DNA of 63,280 bases, taken from Thermoproteota archaeon (GTDB taxonomy: Archaea; Korarchaeota; Korarchaeia; Korarchaeales; Korarchaeaceae). Under the pieces are notes generated by a model, which saw nothing but the letters and a program-made list of their open reading frames with translations, was not told the DNA's origin and did not search any database. Numbering within the stretch: position 1 is the first letter of the stretch; the number at the start of each line of letters is the position of its first letter. The stretch spans positions 1-63,280 of the forward strand of contig WALU01000018.1 in assembly GCA_015522685.1 (NCBI GenBank), read 5' to 3'. The position numbers were made by a program, and so were the translations under genes. Shown piece after piece: positions 28,479 through 38,264 of this stretch.

Positions 28479-30080
28479 TTACATTGGTGGTACTTCCTCG
28501 TAGATTGTACGAGGATCTATTCCCTTGCTCTTATTGTATGCCCAGTATCCTACGAATATTAGTATCCCTATTGCCCACCAGACTGCATATGTTGCTGCTG
28601 TCAGCGGATCCATTGTTGATACAGCGTACCAGAATATGTAGCCCCACCATGCGAAAGCTATTATGCCTATTATCGTCAGTGCAGGAACAGAGCCCCACTT
28701 CCAGCGTAGTCCCTTCTCCCATATATCTGGACGCTTATACGGGAGTATAGCAGCAGTTAGACCGTCGAACAGGTACCTAAATATCGCGAAGATTGTCGTA
28801 CCAACTAGGGCTAAGAACCAGTTGTAAGCATTGGCGAAGACACCAATTAATCCTATGATCCATGTTACGAATAGGGCCCAGTGCGGTGAGTGGAACTTAT
28901 CGTTAACATCAGCTAGGAACTCTGGGAAGAATCTATCGAAGCTCCAAGCGAATATCTGCCTACTAGTGACCATTAGGAATGCAGGTATATCATTCATCAA
29001 CCAGAAAGCTCCAGTTACAGCGATTAAGACCATTATAGCCGTGTTAGGATAAGCTAAGATGGCGGCGAAGAACGGCAGGACAGGCGTTGGTGGAGAAGAT
29101 GTTCCCAAAGCTGCAGCAAGGGCGCTTGGTGCCTTATCTGCTGCGAATACATAGGCAGATACAAAGCTACCGTAGGAGTACCACACTCCAGCTGCATAAG
29201 CCCAGTAGTAGAACATTATGAATATTGGACCGAATATCATGGCTATCTTGAAGCTCCTAGATGGCTCCTTTATCTCGCCTCCGAAGAACGCAGGGGCAGT
29301 GAAACCTATGTATGCCCAAGTTGCAGGTATTGTATAGAGAATAGTACTGTTCATGTTAGAAGCGAATGCATACTTAGCTTTATCATAACCTGCGTTCAGA
29401 GCTACATTCCAGACCTTATTCCACGCTCCTGCTCCAAATATCTTTCCAAACTGAGCCATAGCTAAGCCAGGTGTAAGAGCTCCCCAAGCAAGGTATCCTA
29501 TTGTTATGAATCCAGTAATCAGCGGTATAATCACTATAACGTCCATGGTTATTGCCAAAGCCTTAGTTCCAAATAGCGCTATGATGATGAAGATCGTGAC
29601 TAGTATCATACCTATGATAACCTGTCCCCAGAAGGATTGCATCCATAATCCAAAGCTCATTGCACCTGCATCGCCGGCCATCACTCCGTAGATCCATAAG
29701 CTCATCCCCCAAAAGATGCTATCGAAGGCGCCTATTATACCAAAGGATATTGCTTCGGTGAACCAGAAGGACCATGAAGCTAAGAATCCCAGTAGAGGAT
29801 CCATAGCTCTAGTTATGTAGATGTAATCTCCACCTGCTCTAGGCATCATGATGGACATGAGAGCAAGAGATATGGCGAGGAGGACTGTAGGTATTCCAGC
29901 TATGAGAAATGCTGTTGGTATATCTGCTCCTGGGAACTTCACGGCATCCATGGTGCTGTGGAAGTTGATCCCACCACCTATGACGTGGCCTAAAACGAAG
30001 AACAGTGCAGCAGTAGGACCTATCTCCCTTACTAGACCGGATGCCCTTCTAACGAAGACTATCCCTCCTCCCTCAGACAT
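28479..30080 (-). CDS. APC-family amino acid permease
   Basis: FVRRASGLVRE, MPRAGGDYIY, GEIKEP, SRQIFAWSFDR..P. Likely start MSEGG at 30080. Confidence 0.9.
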   Translation of the reverse strand: MSEGGGIVFVRRASGLVREIGPTAALFFVLGHVIGGGINFHSTMDAVKFPGADIPTAFLIAGIPTVLLAISLALMSIMMPRAGGDYIYITRAMDPLLGFLASWSFWFTEAISFGIIGAFDSIFWGMSLWIYGVMAGDAGAMSFGLWMQSFWGQVIIGMILVTIFIIIALFGTKALAITMDVIVIIPLITGFITIGYLAWGALTPGLAMAQFGKIFGAGAWNKVWNVALNAGYDKAKYAFASNMNSTILYTIPATWAYIGFTAPAFFGGEIKEPSRSFKIAMIFGPIFIMFYYWAYAAGVWYSYGSFVSAYVFAADKAPSALAAALGTSSPPTPVLPFFAAILAYPNTAIMVLIAVTGAFWLMNDIPAFLMVTSRQIFAWSFDRFFPEFLADVNDKFHSPHWALFVTWIIGLIGVFANAYNWFLALVGTTIFAIFRYLFDGLTAAILPYKRPDIWEKGLRWKWGSVPALTIIGIIAFAWWGYIFWYAVSTMDPLTAATYAVWWAIGILIFVGYWAYNKSKGIDPRTIYEEVPPM

Positions 30081-30251
30081 GAGGATCACTTCCGGGATTA
30101 CTGAAATCCCTTTTCCCTCCCTCTTCGGGAACAATATAAGCTTTACTTGACAAGCATCAAAGAATGTTACTAAGAGAGAGTACATCCTCATGCATTGATA
30201 CTATCAGTACAATTTTTTATATAACATGCATCAAAAAGCTCAGGAGATATC

Positions 30252-31220
30252 ATGGTTAGGATATTCTTCTCAGCGGATGTCCATGGGAGCGAACTTGTCT
30301 GGAGGAAGTGGCTGAATACAACAGTCCAGCACAAGGCAGAGATACTACTCTTCTGTGGCGACCTAACAGGTAAACAGGTCATACCACTGGTAAAGAAGGG
30401 AGATAGCTTATGGATAGCGCACGTAGTTGGAAGGGATTGGGAGCTGCACAATGAAGAGGAGAAGAAGGACATGGCGAGGAGGATTAGAGAAATGGGTTAC
30501 TACCCAGTTGAAATGACACTAGAGGAAGTAAAGAAATATCAAGGAGATCCTAAGAAACTTGAAGGCCTGTTTAGGGAAGTAATGACTGCTAGGATAAGAG
30601 AATGGCTGAACATGGCCGTCGAGAAGCTACCTAAAGATGTAGAAATAGTTGTAATGCCCGGAAATGATGATGAGCTGTACATAGATCCAGTAATCCAGGA
30701 ATTTGCTAAGGAATATGAAAATATAACTTATCCTCTGGGCAAGGCTGTCGAATTTCGACATCTACCCGGTTTCCAGATGATAAGCATGGAATATGTGAAC
30801 CCAACACCATGGGACACACCTAGGGAAGATAGCGAGAAAGGATTGTGGAAGAGATTGGAGAAGTTGAGAGATCAAGTAATAGTCAGCTGGGGCCATGTAA
30901 TTTTGAACACACATGTTCCTCCCTACAATACTAGACTAGACTTGGCACCTAAACTTGACAAGAACCTGAGGCCCGTTACAGCAATGGGATCTCCTGTAAT
31001 GGTTCATGTTGGTTCGAAATCTGTGAGAAAATTCATCGAGAAGTACCAGCCTATGATAGGGCTGCATGGTCATATTCATGAGAGCTATGCCTCTGATAAG
31101 ATTAAGAATACGCCTGTCGTTAATCCAGGAAGTGAGTACATGTCTGGAGTCCTCAGAGGGTTTATAATAGATGTATCTCTAGATAAAGGACTGGAGCGCT
31201 TCTGGAAGATAGAGGGATGA
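30252..31220 (+). CDS. Calcineurin-like metallophosphoesterase
   Basis: DVHG, GDLTG, PGNDD, HVPP, HGHIHE, NPGS. Confidence 0.9.
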   Translation: MVRIFFSADVHGSELVWRKWLNTTVQHKAEILLFCGDLTGKQVIPLVKKGDSLWIAHVVGRDWELHNEEEKKDMARRIREMGYYPVEMTLEEVKKYQGDPKKLEGLFREVMTARIREWLNMAVEKLPKDVEIVVMPGNDDELYIDPVIQEFAKEYENITYPLGKAVEFRHLPGFQMISMEYVNPTPWDTPREDSEKGLWKRLEKLRDQVIVSWGHVILNTHVPPYNTRLDLAPKLDKNLRPVTAMGSPVMVHVGSKSVRKFIEKYQPMIGLHGHIHESYASDKIKNTPVVNPGSEYMSGVLRGFIIDVSLDKGLERFWKIEG

Positions 31221-31270
31221 GAATAAGAGGTTAATCGGATCATTTAGAGGCCTTATGGAGGCTAGAAGCC

Positions 31271-31597
31271 TTGACAGATATTGATGAAGGTAGATCCAGG
31301 GATGCCTTTGAATACTTCGAAGCCCGCTTAAGCGCCTTCAAGGATAGAATCGATGTTAGATATTTGGGAGAAAAAAAAGGAAAGCTTTACGTAGAGGTAA
31401 CCTATCCATTTGATCTTGAAACTATAATCAGAGGCATAACAGGCTATGCCGTGTACGATGCGTTAAGCCTATTCAAAGTAGTGATAAAGCCTATATTTAG
31501 GGTCAAGGATCGAGATGAAGAGGAGCTTCAAGAGATCATCCCTAATGGTATAGCTGGATGGGTAATCAAAAAAGTCAGGAAGAAAAAGAAGGATTAG
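31271..31597 (+). CDS. Hypothetical protein
   Basis: 108-aa ORF with TTG start after GGAGG, co-directional with the phosphoesterase. Confidence 0.65.
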   Translation: MTDIDEGRSRDAFEYFEARLSAFKDRIDVRYLGEKKGKLYVEVTYPFDLETIIRGITGYAVYDALSLFKVVIKPIFRVKDRDEEELQEIIPNGIAGWVIKKVRKKKKD

Positions 31598-31641
31598 CCT
31601 TAGATCAAAATGCAATTTGATTCAATTTCATAACAATGAGA

Positions 31642-32277
31642 TCATATCTCTGCCGGGATCACCTCATAAGTACTTCTCATAAATCCCGGTTTCTTCCTAA
31701 CTTCTATATACTTATAATCGCTATGAAAGAAGCTCATCCCTAGTTTTTTCCTTTTAACTCCTCTCTTCTTAACCTCTGTAGCGAGAACTCCAAGCAGATC
31801 GTCAATAACTCGCTTTAATTTGACTTTATCCTCTATCCCCATAGTTAGCATACTCTCTTTTATGCGTGATCTGGTGAAGTAATCAATTACTAGGAAGGTG
31901 ATTGGTATTATCGTAACCATGGTCCATATGACTATCCTGTTTGAAGCTAAGCTTATCAGAAACGGATCCTGATTCATTACTGCTGCCACGGCAATGACAC
32001 CATAACCTAACACAGAAAGAATAGCCCCGCTTCTGAGGTAAGCTCCTAACAGAGTATATTTCCTCACCTCTCTAGATCTAGCTAGCTTTGTGGATAATTG
32101 AAATATCTCCTTTCTAATCTTCTTCCACATTTTCTTCGTCTCTGATATGCCAGATCTTTCTATCTCTTGATCAATCTTCTCTGGAGTCACGAAGATTCCG
32201 TTCCTTATCTCATCTAAATATACTATTGCTCTAACTAAAGGGAGTAATTTCTTGGCCTCTGATCTCCTGCCTAGCAA
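31642..32277 (-). CDS. Hypothetical 2-TM membrane protein
   Basis: Intact 211-aa ORF with two hydrophobic helices flanked by basic soluble regions. Confidence 0.7.
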   Translation of the reverse strand: MLGRRSEAKKLLPLVRAIVYLDEIRNGIFVTPEKIDQEIERSGISETKKMWKKIRKEIFQLSTKLARSREVRKYTLLGAYLRSGAILSVLGYGVIAVAAVMNQDPFLISLASNRIVIWTMVTIIPITFLVIDYFTRSRIKESMLTMGIEDKVKLKRVIDDLLGVLATEVKKRGVKRKKLGMSFFHSDYKYIEVRKKPGFMRSTYEVIPAEI

Positions 32278-32504
32278 TGTATGTTACACCTAAGGTACTA
32301 ACTCAAAGTAAGACTTAAAGAATATAGAAATTCACATGGTTTATACTTACATGCAACCTAGGATAGAGTTAATGTTTTTGGCTAGATATTACTGCTGAAT
32401 CTTATATTTAATTAAAGAAATATCCCTTATTTTTCGATCACTAACATATCGCTATATTTTTAAAGTATCTTCTAGACAAAGAGTAATTAACCTCAGAGGC
32501 GTTA

Positions 32505-33347
32505 ATGATGGGTTCTGGAGAGGGTATTCACTTTGTTGAAATGAATCCTGCCGAATTCGTTAAAGAGTGTATAGATATAGTGAAGGAGGCTCAAGAAAAA
32601 GGCATAATGATGAGAATTTTAGGAGCTATGGCCGTATATATATATACTGAGGGATGCGAAAGATGCAGGGAGATCCACAAGACTAGGTTCGGTGAAGGAA
32701 CGCCAATGTTCACCGATTTAGATGTAATGGCATACAAAAAGCAGAGTAAAGATCTAAAAAAGTTCTTCGAGAATAATCTAAAATTTATAGCAGATAGAAG
32801 AGTTAATGCATTCTTCGGGGGCAAGAGACTAATATACTATCATCCTCAAGGTAAATATCACGTGGACGTCTTCTTTGATAAGCTGGAGTTCAGTCATGAT
32901 GTACCATTCGGGAAAAAGCCTGGAGAAGGAAGACTTGAGCTCAGCTTTCCAGCCATATCTCCAACTGATGTCGTTTTAGAGAAGCTCCAGATACATGAGA
33001 TAAACCCAAAGGATCTGGTTGACCTTATAGTCTTATCCATAAGCCATGAGCTGACTGATGAGGAAGGCGAGGGGAAAATAAATGCTAAATATATAGCTAA
33101 GCTATTAGCCGATGATTGGGGCTTCTGGTATGATGCAGTGAGCAATTTAAATAAGGTGAAGAGCTACGCAGATCAAATGGTGAAGGAAGGCAGACTTACG
33201 AAAGAAGAAAGGGATAAAGTATATCAGCAGGTTGATGAGCTCCTTAAGGTCATAGAGAAAGAACCTAAAATGAAGAATTGGCAGAAAAGGGCTAAAAAGG
33301 GGACGAAGAAACCATGGTGGAGAGGAGTGGAGGAAGTAGTAAGGTAG
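32505..33347 (+). CDS. Pol-beta-superfamily nucleotidyltransferase-like protein
   Basis: ILGAMAV...TDLDV...VDVF (G-x/DxD/D triad) and K...KDLVD C-terminal helix, as in AbiEii/DUF6036-type NTases. Confidence 0.7.
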   Translation: MMGSGEGIHFVEMNPAEFVKECIDIVKEAQEKGIMMRILGAMAVYIYTEGCERCREIHKTRFGEGTPMFTDLDVMAYKKQSKDLKKFFENNLKFIADRRVNAFFGGKRLIYYHPQGKYHVDVFFDKLEFSHDVPFGKKPGEGRLELSFPAISPTDVVLEKLQIHEINPKDLVDLIVLSISHELTDEEGEGKINAKYIAKLLADDWGFWYDAVSNLNKVKSYADQMVKEGRLTKEERDKVYQQVDELLKVIEKEPKMKNWQKRAKKGTKKPWWRGVEEVVR

Positions 33348-33371
33348 AGGGGATGAGAAGATCTTAGTCAT

Positions 33372-33420
33372 TTCCTAGCATATGCTAGGAATCTCTAAGT
33401 AAGCATGCATGCTTACTTAG
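33372..33420. promoter_or_regulatory. Two adjacent perfect palindromes upstream of the psr operon
   Basis: TTCCTAGCATATGCTAGGAA (33372-33391) and CTAAGTAAGCATGCATGCTTACTTAG (33395-33420). Confidence 0.6.
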
Positions 33421-33630
33421 TAAAGTTTTTTAATTGTCACTGTTATAACCATTATTGATGAGTTAGCATAACTTTTTATCAAGAATATAATAATAAAAGA
33501 TCTAGTGGATAATATCAGTTACTGATAAATACCAATATATTACCTTGGTTTACAGTAAGCTTTTTATCTTAACATCCCAGCTTAAAAAGGGAATAAGGAG
33601 ATTCCCTTACATATGAACAGATAAAAGGGT

Positions 33631-36147
33631 GTGAATATGATAAAAATGACTAGGAGAGAGTTTGTAAAATTAGCAGCTGTAACTGGGGCTTTAACTTTAA
33701 TGTTAGGAGAATCTGAACATACATTTAAGACATTAACAGCTGCCCAGAGCAAAACGCAAGTCAAATACATCCCTAACCTCTGCACTATGTGTGCTAACAG
33801 ATGTGGCATAACAGCTAAGGTGGTAAATGGAAAAGTAGTCAAGCTGGATGGAATTCCTCATCATCCGGCCAATAACGGGAAGATATGCGCTAGAGGCCAA
33901 TCAGGTATTGCCAGGCTCTACAATCCAGATAGAATAAAGGCCCCAATGATAAGGAGAGATAAGAGTAAACGTGGCACTTGGGAGGGATTCGAAGAAGTAA
34001 ATTGGAATACTGCGCTTGATGAAGCAGCTAAAAAGATAAAGAGGTACATGGATGAAGGGCACCCTGAGAAGATAGCCGTCATAAGCGGGTGGTGGGGCTG
34101 CGCAGTATATAAGCCCTACGTAGCAGCATTCATGCAAGCTATAGGCACCCCCAACTCTGCTGGAGCTACTATAAACAGTTGCATGTTCCCCGGAGCCTTT
34201 GGATGGCTTGCTACCCTAGGAGGTGCTAACCACGCTCACATAATCTCAGATCTAGAAGATGCTAAGTACATAATAGCTCTAAGGAGGAACTTGGCTGGAG
34301 TAGGAGGGGTCCCACATTCATGGAGGTTCGCGGAGGCCAAGAGAAGGGGAGCCAAGGTTGTGGCTCTAGATCCGAGGATGAGTGAGACTGCAGCCTTAGC
34401 TGATGTATGGATTCCGATAAAGCCTGGTACAGATCTAGCATTCTTATTGGCGATGGGTCACGTTCTTGTGAATGAGAAGTTATATGATGAGGCATTTCTG
34501 AAGAAGTATACTACAGTTCCTCTACTCCTCAACTCTGAGACAGGGGTACCTGTGAAGGTATGGGATGACAAGGCAACTGGATTGAAGAAGTACTTGGTGT
34601 ATGATCTATTACAGAAAAAAGCGGTATCTCATGATGAGGCATTAAATCCAGCTCTACTTGGGGAATATACTGTGAAGCTTGAAGATGGGACGACTGTAAA
34701 GGCTAAACCAGCTTTCCAGGTATTAGTTGATGATTTGCAGCAGTACACTCCGGAATGGGCATCCAAGATATGCGATGTGTCTTCAGATCTCATAGTTAAA
34801 ACAGCTAATGAGTTCGGCAGGACAAAGCCAGCAGTTATAGACCCAGGCTGGCATGATCCCCGCTATGAGAACTCGCTTCAGACTCATAGAATGATGGCAA
34901 TCCTTAATGCTATGATAGGGAATATAGATAGATATGGAGGTGTATCATTTAACGTTCCTGGAAGGGAAGTCAACCTTCCACCACCACCTCAGAACAGATA
35001 TGATGTGGTATGGGGCAAGAAGCATGGAATGCTTCCGCTACCACTTCCTAACTATGTGCCTCTCTACTATGCAATGACTAAGGGAGATCCATATCCAATA
35101 GAAATGGCTATAGTTATAGCTGGTAACCCGATTAGAACATGGAGCGGAGATAAGGAATGGAAGGAAGCATTCAAGAAGCTGAATGATGTTCTGGTGATCG
35201 ACGTCTTACCACAGGACACGACAATGTATGCTGATATACTGCTTCCTGACTCTGTCTATCTTGAGAAGGACTTCCCAATAAGCCATGCTGAGATGTCCTT
35301 GTATGGAGCCTTTGAAACTGCGATCGCTGCAATAAACCCGGTCTTTAACACAAAGCCTGAAATAATGATATTCGCCGAATTATCAAAGAGATTGGGTGTT
35401 TACGATAAGTTCATCAATAGCTTGGCTAAGATGCTCAAGGTAGATGCTGGTAAGCTAAGAAGATACTTTGACAGTGAGGGAATAAGAGGAATAAGGAGAG
35501 CCCAGGCTGAAGCCTATGGTATATCTCTAGATGAGATAGAGAAGAAAGGTTATGTGATGTTCGAGACCAAAGAGGAACTGATGGACACAATGCCATATAA
35601 GAAGCCACTGCATACTCCATCTGGTAAGGTAGAAGTTTATAGCCTTATGCTTGCCAAAATAACATCTATGGTAGGGGAAGATCCAATGTGGTCTCCTCTG
35701 CCTAAGTGGTTACCTCCAAAGGTAATGAGTGAGTATGAGAAGAACAAGGCGCCGAATGTCTTCTATTTTATTTACGGAAAGAGCCCTCTGAACAGCTACA
35801 CTCATACTACAGACAACGAGATGCTCGACTCCCTGCTTAGGCCAGATTACATAGGGGTGTGGATAAATACGAAGAGGGCTAAGCAGCTGGGCATAAAAGA
35901 TGGAGATAAAGTTAAGGTAACTAATCTGAAGACAGGAGAGGGTGGTGTAACTACAGCTTTCGTTACAGAGGCTATAAGAAAAGACACAGTATTTCTCAAC
36001 ACTCAATGGGGTATTGAAAGTAAAAAACTGAAGATAGCCTATAAGAGGGGAGGAGTTGCGCTAAACAAGCTATGGCCCTTTCAGTATGCGAGATTGATAC
36101 CTGGGATGTTGACCAATGAACTTCTTGTCAAGATAGAGAAAGTATAG
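33631..36147 (+). CDS. Tat-exported Mo/W-bisPGD oxidoreductase catalytic subunit (PsrA/PhsA/ArrA clade)
   Basis: TRREFVK twin-Arg signal, CTMCANRC...C FS0 cluster, CARG, DPR.SETA..AD.W.PIKPGTD, putative Cys ligand in NSCMF. Confidence 0.9.
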   Translation: MNMIKMTRREFVKLAAVTGALTLMLGESEHTFKTLTAAQSKTQVKYIPNLCTMCANRCGITAKVVNGKVVKLDGIPHHPANNGKICARGQSGIARLYNPDRIKAPMIRRDKSKRGTWEGFEEVNWNTALDEAAKKIKRYMDEGHPEKIAVISGWWGCAVYKPYVAAFMQAIGTPNSAGATINSCMFPGAFGWLATLGGANHAHIISDLEDAKYIIALRRNLAGVGGVPHSWRFAEAKRRGAKVVALDPRMSETAALADVWIPIKPGTDLAFLLAMGHVLVNEKLYDEAFLKKYTTVPLLLNSETGVPVKVWDDKATGLKKYLVYDLLQKKAVSHDEALNPALLGEYTVKLEDGTTVKAKPAFQVLVDDLQQYTPEWASKICDVSSDLIVKTANEFGRTKPAVIDPGWHDPRYENSLQTHRMMAILNAMIGNIDRYGGVSFNVPGREVNLPPPPQNRYDVVWGKKHGMLPLPLPNYVPLYYAMTKGDPYPIEMAIVIAGNPIRTWSGDKEWKEAFKKLNDVLVIDVLPQDTTMYADILLPDSVYLEKDFPISHAEMSLYGAFETAIAAINPVFNTKPEIMIFAELSKRLGVYDKFINSLAKMLKVDAGKLRRYFDSEGIRGIRRAQAEAYGISLDEIEKKGYVMFETKEELMDTMPYKKPLHTPSGKVEVYSLMLAKITSMVGEDPMWSPLPKWLPPKVMSEYEKNKAPNVFYFIYGKSPLNSYTHTTDNEMLDSLLRPDYIGVWINTKRAKQLGIKDGDKVKVTNLKTGEGGVTTAFVTEAIRKDTVFLNTQWGIESKKLKIAYKRGGVALNKLWPFQYARLIPGMLTNELLVKIEKV

Positions 36148-36159
36148 AAGGTGATTTAA

Positions 36160-36732
36160 ATGACCAAATATGGAATGGTTATAGATCTTGGTAGCTGCTT
36201 GGGTTGTGGAGCATGTATAGCTGCCTGTGATTTCGAGAATCAAACTCCATGGGAAGAAGGGAAGCGTAGAACTCACGTACCTGAGTTCATCTTTGGCGAA
36301 TATCCTAATGTAGAGAGGTTATTTGTACCAAGGCTTTGCATGCACTGCGAAGATCCGCCCTGCGTTGCAGTTTGTCCAACAGGAGCTAGTTATAAAAATG
36401 AGGACGGAGTCGTACTTGTGCGCTATGATATGTGCATAGGGTGTAAGTACTGTGTGGTTGCTTGCCCCTATAACGCTAGATATGTCGATGAGAGGAAACA
36501 CGCAATAGATAAGTGCACCTTCTGCTACAATAATAGAGTCTCTCAGGGGAGAGAACCAGCCTGCGTTGAGTCATGCGTGGGAGGAGCTAGAATATTCGGA
36601 GATTTGGAGGATCCCAACAGCGAAGTATATAAATTGATTCATTCGGGCGAAGCTGTTCCTCTGAGAGCAGACCTAGGAACTCACCCAAAGGTGAGATATA
36701 TATTCAGGCGCAAGAAGAGGGAGGGTGACTAA
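36160..36732 (+). CDS. 4x[4Fe-4S] electron-transfer subunit (PsrB/NrfC type)
   Basis: CLGCGACIAAC, CMHCEDPPCVAVCP, CIGCKYCVVACP, KCTFC...PACVESC. Confidence 0.95.
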   Translation: MTKYGMVIDLGSCLGCGACIAACDFENQTPWEEGKRRTHVPEFIFGEYPNVERLFVPRLCMHCEDPPCVAVCPTGASYKNEDGVVLVRYDMCIGCKYCVVACPYNARYVDERKHAIDKCTFCYNNRVSQGREPACVESCVGGARIFGDLEDPNSEVYKLIHSGEAVPLRADLGTHPKVRYIFRRKKREGD

Positions 36733-36734
36733 AG

Positions 36735-37697
36735 ATGATGAATCTGTTAATTCAGCATATTTGGGGGGTATATATAGCAATCTACCTATTCTTAGGAGGA
36801 ATGGGTGGAGGAGGAATGGTAGTAAGCTACTACTTCTGCTGCAGGAGAAATGATAACAAGCTTGCTGTGATCTCAGCGATCACTTCCCTCATAATAGTCA
36901 TAATAGGTGTACTCTTCCTGATGCTTGATCTGGAGAAGCCAGAAAAGTTCTACCTAGTCTTTGTGAGTCCCCATCTTAATCCTCATTCCATGATATTTAT
37001 AGGATCTTCTATACTAACGAGCTTCATAACATTCGGTCTCCTGTTTGTTACGGCAATAGAGTTTAAATGGCCGAGCTTCCTTGGGAAGATCATATCGCTC
37101 CTTCCATGGTATGGAAATAGGAGCTTTACATCTGCTATGGGCATTCTGGCATCAATAGCAGGGTTCCTAACGGCTTTCTATACGGGTGTACTCATAGGTG
37201 TGCTCAAATCTGCCCCATTCTGGCATACCCCTGCTTTACCCTTGTTGTTCGTGGCTTCGGCTTTCTCTACAGGGGTCGTAGGCGTTCTCCTAGTAAATGA
37301 GACAATAGGGATTATGGCTCCGAAAAGCGAGAGACATAAATACCAAGAATACTGCTCTATCTTAGGAGAGTGGGATGCGATCTTAATATCCATAGAGCTA
37401 TTAATCATATTCACATATATATTCCTGTTTACCTATGGACCAGAAGAGGCAGAGGCATCAGTTTATCTGCTGACTACCGGATCTCTCGCCCCATGGTTCA
37501 TGGGGGGGGTAGTTACAATGGGGCTTGCTATACCCTTCCTACTGGAATACTGGCATATATTCAGTGAAAGTAGAGGAGGAAAGCCCTCCTGCGCTTTACC
37601 AATAATAGCAGCGATTCTGGTTATTATAGGAGGATTAATCCTAAGGTATGTAGTACTATCAAGCGGTGTAATGACAATATTTCTTCCTCCCTCTTGA
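36735..37697 (+). CDS. NrfD/PsrC membrane anchor subunit
   Basis: WGVYIAIYLFLGG, DLEKP, YTGVL, PFW..P.LP.LF.ASA, GGLILRY. Confidence 0.92.
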   Translation: MMNLLIQHIWGVYIAIYLFLGGMGGGGMVVSYYFCCRRNDNKLAVISAITSLIIVIIGVLFLMLDLEKPEKFYLVFVSPHLNPHSMIFIGSSILTSFITFGLLFVTAIEFKWPSFLGKIISLLPWYGNRSFTSAMGILASIAGFLTAFYTGVLIGVLKSAPFWHTPALPLLFVASAFSTGVVGVLLVNETIGIMAPKSERHKYQEYCSILGEWDAILISIELLIIFTYIFLFTYGPEEAEASVYLLTTGSLAPWFMGGVVTMGLAIPFLLEYWHIFSESRGGKPSCALPIIAAILVIIGGLILRYVVLSSGVMTIFLPPS

Positions 37698-37742
37698 ACT
37701 TTCCCTCCCACTACTTCTTTTCTTTTCATTTCTTCCCTTGTT
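37698..37742 (+). terminator. Pyrimidine/T-tract terminator after the psr operon
   Basis: CTTCTTTTCTTTTCATTTCTT directly after the stop codon. Confidence 0.55.
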
Positions 37743-38264
37743 ATCTACTAGGCTATACAAAGTTCCCTAAAATCATGCGCACTATAAGTCGGTCTCTTTT
37801 CAATGTCATTACTATGGGCTGATCTACTCCGCTCTCAGATAAGAATACTAAAGCTCTAAGATCAGTAACCAAAGCCAGTAGTGCTAGTTATCTCTGAATC
37901 TCTCAAGCGTGGCGCACTAGTGCTTGTAAAAAGGTTTATGATGTAATGAGTTATAAATCCACTTATCGAGTCGAAACTTGAAGTATATAAGATAATAAAT
38001 TGCCCTTGGCAATAGTAACAATACCTAAAGCGATCTTCGATTAAAGAAATTAATTTACTTTGTCAGGATTAGGAGAGGCTTTAGAAAAATTTTTGGCAGT
38101 AAAGTAACTAACAGAACCTGCTGTAATCAATGCCAAAGCCATCCGTAATTAGGAATTAGTAATGCTAGCTATGCTACTATCTCAACTATTCAGGGAGTAG
38201 AGTTAACTTTGAAATTTAGTAAGTAGGATCGCTGCCACCTCTAACCTCTATTATAAAAGATCGT

